From Craspedostauros australis (Eukaryota): DNA of 41,952 nucleotides. This document shows positions 8,701 through 16,500 of this stretch, one piece after another; positions within the stretch are counted from its first letter, which is position 1; each line of letters starts with the position of its first letter. The stretch is from positions 1 through 41,952 of the forward strand of contig JALAGF010005177.1 in NCBI GenBank assembly GCA_030167865.1. The letters run 5' to 3'. The translations under genes and the position numbers were made by a program. Below the pieces are notes generated by a model. It was not told where the DNA came from. It searched no databases and worked only from the letters and a program-made list of their open reading frames with translations.

Positions 8701-11174
8701 TCCGTCAAAGTGCGTGCAACATTCTCGTGCGGACGCATCGGATCTTGAATCGTCGCTCGCCTTGATTTTCTTTGGCGGCGTTTCTTCGATCGCTTGGAAT
8801 TGCCGTTGGATGCAATGACTATCAAGGACGACGGTTTTCGCGGTGAGGGCGTGACCACGTTGATTTGCTGGTCGCCGATTTGGCGTTGGACAGTGGTCCC
8901 GACCTGGCTCTGGCCAGGGCGTTGTACATTCTCCGCAATGTCGGCGGCAACAGCATCACCTCCGACCGGAGCACGTGAACGATTGGCATCTTCGCCTCGT
9001 CTTGCTGGCAGCGGCAACTGCGGTTGGTGATCATTCAGCACTTCATGAATGGCGTCGGTCGTGATGCGTTCCGCAAACTGCCCTTGCTGGAGCTTCTGCA
9101 CATCGGACCGGCTTGGGAGCTTGCTGTCAATGGTCGGAAGGAATTGCTTGCACAATTCGTACGTGATGGGGGAGCCTTCGAATCGGTGATGGGCGAAGAG
9201 GATCCACATATCCAAGCGATGGGACTGATTCTTGGCATGCCCTCGACGACGTTCCGAGTTGGTGTTCGACGATGTGCGAAAGGTGGTGGTCTCCGTCGTC
9301 CCTTCCGTCTCGGCCACCGCCAGTGGGTTGGCCTTGAGGTTGAGGATGACGAGTTCTGGCAAACGCGCGAGGCTGGCGACGTTGCCGATGGATTGTAGCT
9401 GGTTGTTGTACAGGTCTAAATGCTTCAGCGCGTACAGTCTGTCGATTCCTTGCACCGTAGTAAGCTGATTGTGAGATAGGTTGAGCACGGATATGTTGCC
9501 AATGTTCATATGGATCTTGTTCATCGACGAGAGGTTGTTGTAGGACAGATCGATCTTGTTGAGGTTGACGCATTGCGACAACCCGGTCAGCGCATCCTGC
9601 TGGTCGCTGAGATGATTGTGCGAGAGGTTGAGAACCTGGAGATTGGGAAACCGTGCAAATGGTGGCATGGTGCGCCGTGGTCTTGCGGCACCGCTCGCTG
9701 ATTGCAACACCATGGATCTCAGGCCAGACAGACTGTTCAGATCGCACTTGGAGAGCTTCAGGTGCGTGACGTTGTGGTAGGCCACGTTTCCCTGATTGTC
9801 GTGCGACGCTCCATTGGACAGCATGCGATTCAAGTTGTAAACGCAACCCCTGTCCACTCGCAAGACCTGCAATGTCGGTCGCAGTGCGTGCAGGTTGTGT
9901 ATCCAGCTGGCCGGCACCTGCTCGAAAACCAAGGCTTGCAGTCTGGGGAAGACGCGCAGATCGATGATGGGCTGGTTCTGCAGCTGGTGGAAGTAGTCTT
10001 GCACGCGTTGCAGGGAAGGGGTGTTGGATCCTGATCGTGGCGCGGACGATGATGGCATCGGTCCCATGTAGGATGGTGTCATGGAGTCCATGGTGATGGC
10101 CGAATGCACGGAGACCGTGCTGCAATGCAAGTCCTGCCCGACCATGTGGTTCTGCCTGCGTTCCTGTCTCTGCCGCTGCTGCCGCTGGCGCCGGATGTGC
10201 TGCTTGAGCGTGGCGTCGTCCAACGCCGGTGGCCATGGGATGTTGCCAGCCACGCGCACATGGGTGGCACGCGGCAGCAAGAACTTGAGCAACGCCAGAC
10301 GGTCCCTCATGTGGATTCCCATCCAGAGCGGCGATATCCCGTTTCCACGCGATTGCGTTTGTGGGTGAGGGTGGTCGTCATGCGGCAAGTCTGGCACGAG
10401 GCTGTCGGCAGCATTCGTCGATCCGTCTCCGTCCGAATTGTATCCTTCGACGCTGGCGGTATCGGGGTCAAGAGGATCGCGTTGCCGTCTGGCTCTTCGA
10501 GTCCGCTGCGGCGGATAGAGCTGCGATGACAGCCACGCAACGGCAGACGCCGGCAACGTGATGCCGCTTGCCCTCGGAGGGAGCTGAGACGTTTGCGCAT
10601 TGCCTGCAGTAGGGACGTGCATGCCATTGAAGCCGCGTTCCGAGTAGTCGGTCTGCAGGTCCTCCTCTGGCAGCTGACTGAGGTATCGGAAGAGGCGCTC
10701 GAGCAACAGCTCGGAGGCATGGTGGAATCGTCTTCCGTGCTCCCGAACGATCTCTTCAGCCGTTGGCTCCCACCCCATCCGTTGCTTGAACTTTGCAAAC
10801 TTGGTCGTTCGATGGGACGGATGCTGCAGTTCGTTGTGGTTGAGATCCTGATCGGCACCCGTGGCCGTTCGCGTTCGGTTCTGGCGCGGAGAGCCCATGC
10901 CCGGGCTCGCAGGCACGACGCACTGGCCCCAATCGTCCATTTCCACATCCAAAGTGACAGCTGGGGTATCATCTTCGTCTTGATCTGCATTTTCAGGTTC
11001 AGTTTCAGGTTCAGGTTCAGGTTCAGGTTCATCCGCCTCATCTTGGTCATTCATCTGGTCGGCTGCCGCGGTTGGCTCTCCCACTCCTCCGGCTTCTGTT
11101 TGAGGCCGTGCATCCGGTGCCATCGCAGATTCGCTAGTGCCTTGGCATGATGGCTGTGCATCATCTTGATTCAT
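5796..11174 (-). CDS. Large leucine-rich-repeat protein, Nischarin/STK11IP-like, with probable C-terminal PH-like domains, 1792 aa
   Basis: SDS22-type LRRs (LQVLNLSHNHL, LNKIDLSYNNL, ISVLNLSHNQLTTVQGI, LKHLDLYNNQL). Pre-LRR segment IDLRVFPRLQALVFEQVP. Long disordered middle region and a beta-rich C-terminus (RRVCVVTDSKIFLLDED). Confidence 0.82.
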   Translation of the reverse strand: MNQDDAQPSCQGTSESAMAPDARPQTEAGGVGEPTAAADQMNDQDEADEPEPEPEPETEPENADQDEDDTPAVTLDVEMDDWGQCVVPASPGMGSPRQNRTRTATGADQDLNHNELQHPSHRTTKFAKFKQRMGWEPTAEEIVREHGRRFHHASELLLERLFRYLSQLPEEDLQTDYSERGFNGMHVPTAGNAQTSQLPPRASGITLPASAVAWLSSQLYPPQRTRRARRQRDPLDPDTASVEGYNSDGDGSTNAADSLVPDLPHDDHPHPQTQSRGNGISPLWMGIHMRDRLALLKFLLPRATHVRVAGNIPWPPALDDATLKQHIRRQRQQRQRQERRQNHMVGQDLHCSTVSVHSAITMDSMTPSYMGPMPSSSAPRSGSNTPSLQRVQDYFHQLQNQPIIDLRVFPRLQALVFEQVPASWIHNLHALRPTLQVLRVDRGCVYNLNRMLSNGASHDNQGNVAYHNVTHLKLSKCDLNSLSGLRSMVLQSASGAARPRRTMPPFARFPNLQVLNLSHNHLSDQQDALTGLSQCVNLNKIDLSYNNLSSMNKIHMNIGNISVLNLSHNQLTTVQGIDRLYALKHLDLYNNQLQSIGNVASLARLPELVILNLKANPLAVAETEGTTETTTFRTSSNTNSERRRGHAKNQSHRLDMWILFAHHRFEGSPITYELCKQFLPTIDSKLPSRSDVQKLQQGQFAERITTDAIHEVLNDHQPQLPLPARRGEDANRSRAPVGGDAVAADIAENVQRPGQSQVGTTVQRQIGDQQINVVTPSPRKPSSLIVIASNGNSKRSKKRRQRKSRRATIQDPMRPHENVARTLTDTSSRAVLLQHGENATKMNAADNDTDKTNTMKLGDDSSKKDNADATTATSRQTVILSTRRSVSFTVKDVLRLSMRETKLPTQAPPSLHKLGHDNIDSKAKPPVSTNPFDVDDVDEPTQTKFQTLDLDPAVIASILKKREMKASQGEEAGADESKMDHDDTANTPSPNMAISPDGTNPCCDADNKQMPGNETNDANLVGASAGASDSSKALDVNGDTEKAKNSTNGQAAPSIESRSEVSLETNNSAGTSEIAVEGASNSDGDGGEKQTARFGATSVETKSVQQGEQAEQVPAQGKKADHTSIDKSDQQSAAIVDTAHTKEVDAHAETEVEGGTSSDGDTPSAGTKMESNQSQNPAQSESQSNDEQQQPQPPPPVTKRKVASVRLYPGASRVHEYDIFSQDWDALVEQAAQGLIIDPIRNPLGPKFRLSNKTSQGFGAAVDLLGDAPVIAMSGSDDMTNDLQNNQLQGCASATQHSADDMASIATSDYTRTSMLPDIMFQDDFSVPSSLGANRDDFLAFNKFQLAEDNSTYDGPGHCLGMPVSTNLDLYFRSFVFPASIPDLTQEMFDTLNEEQHWQLTFLQYPRVQLWPEDRRYLEVRSMNENANNTNSSSNNSGANRDMSDILDRRENLVRVWSENIIPCGRQSQRRLLQRKSQRVGFHGDLLFGKDGPETYAEARKVILCLSSSALYVVLDHDVVTTKQDRKRKFPRPIPKGSFFRDAPWPHAVARHPLETLSKITIGFGFQRLTLHFRSASFRSSDPFTYVLLVSNKMEAISILKDLQNCAKAYAEEFDNTSYGSVPADFIPIENDDRNVLEALALTVAPEVVGIALHYQILKQKWKRGGRQTVRRVCVVTDSKIFLLDEDYAGDNLVSKKGKGSAASTIAAAAAAAASSTDPDSFGKVRYKLVDEATLKQIAEVQAADADPKAMTIIINPLSRLSRTHRWRLVCRDSDGAERLVADLRKAIEMAD

Positions 11175-11252
11175 GTTGAAGTGAGCGAGACTATCAACGA
11201 AATCGTGCCAGCGTTCTTGCTCGCTCCAGGATGTCCAGGATGGATGCGTTTC

Positions 11253-11296
11253 CTTGCTTTCTTGCTTGCTTTCTTGCTTGCTTTCTTGCTTGCTTG
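11253..11296. repeat. Short tandem repeat (CTTGCTTTCTTG)x3+ upstream of the LRR gene start
   Basis: Directly visible 12-nt period. Confidence 0.85.
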
Positions 11297-12264
11297 TGTT
11301 CGCCGTTGCGGAAAACAGGATCGTTGCTCCTCCTTATCCTTCTCACTCTGATCTTGGTCTCCGTCTGATGCGGTCAATGACTTTGCAGGTCAAGTGGAAT
11401 CCTTTCTTGCTGGTCGATGAGTCCGCTGTTGCCTAACGCTCTTGATCTCCTTTGTGAGCACAGGCGGCCACAATGGCTCACTCGAGCGATGATTGATTAC
11501 AGGTGTTCCTGTACCCAACACAGATGACGACGACGACACCACAGAGCAACACAACTGACAAGTCGCAGAGAAGAACAGTCGCAGGCACCAAGCAAGATGC
11601 CTCCACCACATCTTCTTTGGCGTTCTCCTTTGTCTTGGATTGGTCGTGTTGACTCGTGGCAACCTCGACAGAACACGAACAAGAAGATTCAATCCCGCAA
11701 GGGTTATTGGAGTCCATTAAGTCGGTGATCGCCGAGGTGTCAACAAAACGAAACCTCACGCGGAACTCTTGGAAGGATGCATCTTGCTGTGCTCCTGAAC
11801 GAGAGGTGACGCACGCTCATGAAGTGCTGGGATGGAGATGGACGACTTGGACGAACATAGTAGTACGGGCATATAATACCAGTACCAGGAAGAGTACCAA
11901 GCAATAGGCGCGCCATCCACTATTCCTGATTTAGTGTTCAAGCTGACATAGATTGGCGACGATTTGGTCGTGCTGCGTCGCCGCTTTGCGTGGTTGTAGC
12001 TGGTCATGACGTGCACTCACTGCAACCACCATCATCACTACCACCAGGCGATCGCGATTGCGCTGGCCAATCGCTTTGCAAATGGCTGTCGTGTCTCTCG
12101 GTCTTTCTTGCATTGCTTTCTTTTGATTTGGTTCAACTCGGCTCTCCCAGTGCGCTGCAGCGAAACACAACTGGAACCAGCTGTTCAGATAGAGAAAGAC
12201 CACCTCTTCGTACCGATCTGATGCTCATCTATTGAGTATGGTAGAGCACTTGATAGCTGTGTCT

Positions 12265-12921
12265 CTAGTAGCCCAACCACTTGTCAAACTCTTCTGGCGA
12301 CAGGCCTGTTCTGGCGATCAGCCGATCCACGACGGCTGTCTTCACATCATCCTCCGACACCAGCTTGCGGTCCATCAGCATCATTCCGTACTTGTACAGG
12401 TACGCGAACTCATCCCGAACCTCCTTCACGTCGAGATTGGCCTTGATGTCGAATTCCGTGGGCGTCAACGTGCCGGTCTCCGGCGCTTCGTCGTACCGCA
12501 TGCCGCGCTCGATCATCAGCTCGTAAATTCGCAAGGCCATCACCTGCGCGTCCGACTTGGCCTCCAGCGCTGCCTCCAGGGCCGTCAGCTCCTTCGGTGC
12601 CTCCACGCCTTCTCCCAGGCACTTGGACATGGTGTCGATGAATTGTTCCGCCGACTCCCACATGCGTTCCTCCAACGACAGCTCTGGCTTGGCCGGCATG
12701 GCGGAGGCAAAGTCGGAACCGAAGTCGGAGAACAGAGCCGTGCTTGCGGCGGACTGCATCAGCGACTGCGATGGAGCGAACGCCATCTTGGATGCCTGCG
12801 GCAAGACGCTCTGAACGTGTCCGCGTTCGCTGCTGATGGGATGTGCCACTTGGAACGCCGACGACGTGTCGGCGCAAAGCCAGGATGACACGAGAACGAG
12901 AGCTGCTGATGTGAATTTCAT
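12265..12921 (-). CDS. Plastid-targeted protein of unknown function, 218 aa
   Basis: Signal peptide MKFTSAALVLVSSWLCADTSSA followed by F (ASAFAP-type cleavage motif), a Ser/Ala-rich transit peptide ending STALF, then an acidic helical mature domain. Strong GC3 codon bias. Confidence 0.85.
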   Translation of the reverse strand: MKFTSAALVLVSSWLCADTSSAFQVAHPISSERGHVQSVLPQASKMAFAPSQSLMQSAASTALFSDFGSDFASAMPAKPELSLEERMWESAEQFIDTMSKCLGEGVEAPKELTALEAALEAKSDAQVMALRIYELMIERGMRYDEAPETGTLTPTEFDIKANLDVKEVRDEFAYLYKYGMMLMDRKLVSEDDVKTAVVDRLIARTGLSPEEFDKWLGY

Positions 12922-13562
12922 GGTTGCTGGTTGCCAACAAGTGCAATAGATGGAATGGAATCGAATAATGTGACGGATTGAGAAGGAATGCGTTTGTACG
13001 GTTGTGGCTCGCGCGGATGGAGTGGTTGATTGAACACAATGCGAGCGGATACGTCTCTTCGTTCGGAGGTCAGCGTGAAAGATGCAGATCCTTGTGCGTT
13101 GTCATCGTTGCAGTTTGTGTTTGTTCGTTCGTTGGTGTTGATGGTTTGTTCACGATCACGAATTGAAGTTTCGCCTCACGTTTTGATACGACTTTCGTGC
13201 TCGACCAATCGGACTTCTTTCGGAGAAGTCAGTGAATAGCATGACGTCACAACCTGTACTTGGCACAAGACAAAAACATAGCGGGATCAAACGGACAGAA
13301 TGACAGACTCAACTTTGGATTTCCTGTTCGGCGTGAAAGCCTTCTTGTACAAACATCACGAAACCTCGCGTCAATCAAAGAACGCGTATTACATGCATTC
13401 GGCGGATGGCATGTGGTTTTCATTGTAGCTGCATGGTATTATACTAGCTATAGCTTGCTTTAGTTTGCTCGGCTGCGGCCTGGATTAATTCTGCGCGCAT
13501 CAGGAACGCCTCTGAATGCGCCCCCAAACAAACTAGCTGTGTGTGCGTCTGTGTCTTCGTGT

Positions 13563-16500
13563 CTAGAATCTCTTCCCAAGAGAATGAATGGCATCCACTG
13601 CCATCCACATCTTGGAGGAGAGACTTTCATCAACCAGCCGTTCGATGTGCGATATGGCTTCCTCTGGTGTCAGACCAAGCTGGAGGCGCTCTCGCACACC
13701 CAGCACAGCAGTTTCGGTGCTTTGATTTAACGACACATCGTCGAGGCTCGCTGTCTCCAACGATCGGATCATGGACAGCAAGTGTCGCACGTTGGCCGGT
13801 CGCCGGAGGCTGAGGAATGCGGCGCAGGCCAAGGAAAGGAACATGGCAAAGTTGTCGCTGTCCCGGCCGCCCATCGCCTTCACCATGTCTTCTGTGATCC
13901 TCATCGGCAAGTACTTCTTCGGGTCGCTGCCGAGCATGAAGGAGTAGTCGCAATGGAAGAAGTGTCCCGTCTTGTGCAGCAAGAGGTTGTCGAGGTGCCG
14001 ATCTCCGACACCCAGGATGTACGTGATGACGGTGTACCCGGCGCAGCTGCGCACGTACGTATCCATCACGCTGCGTCGGATCATGTACGGGTCATGGGGA
14101 GAATATGCCTCGGATCGAAGGAAGTCCTGGATGGGATTAGTGGACGAAGTGCTGCGGGACGATCCGCCGGACGAGCTTCCAATACGCTGCAGTGACTCGT
14201 ACTTCGTGAGACCTGCCCTCGCAACCGATGATCGGGTGTCCTCCATGGAGGAAGAGTCTGACATGCGCTGGGCCTCCTCATGAACCTTCTTCTTTTGAAG
14301 TCCAAGCAAGGAGACAGAAAATGTTTGGCAGATCTCACTGAGCGGCACGCTGCCGGGCACCCATTCGATGAAACCCCGCTTGATGCCAACTGGGATGCAA
14401 CCAAAGGTGAGGAGCTTCAGGTCCAAGCCGCACTCCAAGAGGATATTGTTGCACGATTCGAGCAGCTGGATGGCGAAGAACTCCTGTCGCAAGTCGTCGT
14501 TGTGCTTGTACAGAAGCGACCGTTTGCGGCAGCGGCTCTCGCCGCGTGGGGAGATGGCCTCGGTCGTGATGCGCATTTCCAGCTCCAGGATCTGCGCTCC
14601 AGTCTCGTGTGCGTCTGCGATTTCGCCTTGATCATCGAAGCCGTTGATGTGATCGGCAGGCCACAGCTGCGCAAAGCATGACACCGTGCTGATAGCGTCG
14701 CTGGGTTGGCTTGCTTCGCCGTTGACTTCTGCTTGTTTCCAGATTGGTCCCATGTCGACCCATGCGAATCCCACCTCGTTGGCTCCCTGCTTGCGGTTTG
14801 GATTCTGATTGTTAATTGGAGAATGACCCAGACCGAGTCCACGCGTGCTGCTTTCCAGGCTGATGCTGAGGTCGTTGACCTTGCCGCCTGTGGCGTTGGA
14901 TGGCTTGCACTCGGACACTCGCAACGCCAAGGTTTGCGGTGGACCCCAGCTCGATCGCGTGTCAAAGGTTAACACGTTCTTGTCATCCCAACCATGACGG
15001 AAGACGGACGACATGCCCGTCGATACACTGCGACCAGACTTGACGACGGCACCAGATACAGCTCCGTGGCATACGAAGGATGAGAGGTCGGAATCGTTGG
15101 TTGCGGACGCATCCGTAGGTTGTTGTGGTTGTTGTTGCGGCTGCTGCATGGTTTGCGAATTGGATCGTCGGAGGGACACCAATTCAACCTTCGTTCGATA
15201 CAGCTTCTCGGAGCCGAAGATCTTCGAACTGATGTTGTTGTTGCGTGTACTTGGACTCGCGGCTTCGTTGTACGATGATCCTTGGTCGGTCCCGTCCTGG
15301 ATCTGTTCATTGCAATCAAATGTCAACAGCATGGGAACGTGCGCGCTGGGCAAGATGTAGCACTCTTGTGTGTTCAGTCCGCTCAAAAGTTCTGCCGATG
15401 GCATGGGACTGTACATCGGGAGCATCTTGTCAAGCTTGGACAGGCGCTTGCGAAGCTCCTGCGTGAGCTGCGCCAACGCGGTGCCCTTCTTCGCACTCCA
15501 CGGTTGCAATGCCCATTCCGTCAGCTTTTGGCTGATGGATGGAAAGAGAGAACCTTCCAGATCCATGCAGATGGCGTCCATTTCCCGCAGGAATGACTTC
15601 ATGTTGGTGTACAGCTCGTGGCTGGATGGACCGGAGATCATGGCCGGTGTTGCCACCATGCTCGGAATTCTGGTCATGGATGGCCGTGCCCTTCGCGGCG
15701 GTGTTCGTACTATTGCTTGAGTCGGTGCGCTTGTTTCCACCTGCTGCTGGTGTTCGCCAGATGCCTGCGTCGATGGCAACGGCAACGCGTGCGTTTCCGG
15801 CTTTGTGGAGGAGGTCTCCATAGTGGTGATGGATGCGACGGTGGAGACTGTGGACGGATCACCGCTTTTGTGCGCTTTGCGTTGCTTGGACCCTTTCTTC
15901 TTTTTGTTGCGAAGGAACTTGAAGAAACGCCGGCGGGTGGTTGGTTTTGGCAGTGTCACAGGAGCCGTATCAGGCTTGGTGCTCTTCCCACCGTGTGTTG
16001 GTGGTTTGTTGGATTTCTTAGGAGATGACATGCTCTCCTGATTGATGTCCGCGGTTTCGTCTTTGTCGTCTGTGGTCTGCACATCCATGGCGGATGAGTC
16101 GTCTATCTGGGAAGCTCCGTCGCTCCGAGTGTTCAGAATGGATGTGACGGAACGCGCAATGGACATGTCTTGGGACAGGCCAGCGTCCGATGCAACGCCC
16201 GAGTCCGGTTGGCGCGTCATTGTTGGGGACTTGGATGTCTTCGTACGAAGCAGATGCGCCACCTGCTGCGTGAGATATTGCAGGTCCGTGAAGGAACTGG
16301 CGACCAGCTCGATGCGACGTGCCAAACGCAGATCGTGCTTCGCGATGGAGAGCAGCGCCGATGTGATTGGTTTGGATGCGACAGACTGTGACGTAGGCAA
16401 CAATCTGCCTGTGGATCTCACGAGGACATCGCACTTCATGTCTTCCAAAGTATTGCCGCCTCCGATGCGGGTCGGAATGGGAGGACCATCGCGTTCGTCC

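Noticed and set aside
11440..12230. Small ORFs between the LRR and plastid genes
   Set aside because: Mostly non-ATG starts, no motifs and no codon bias; treated as promoter/UTR sequence.
12232..12888. 218-aa plus-strand ORF mirroring the plastid gene
   Set aside because: Antisense shadow starting at TTG; the targeting signal and protein-like composition are on the minus strand.
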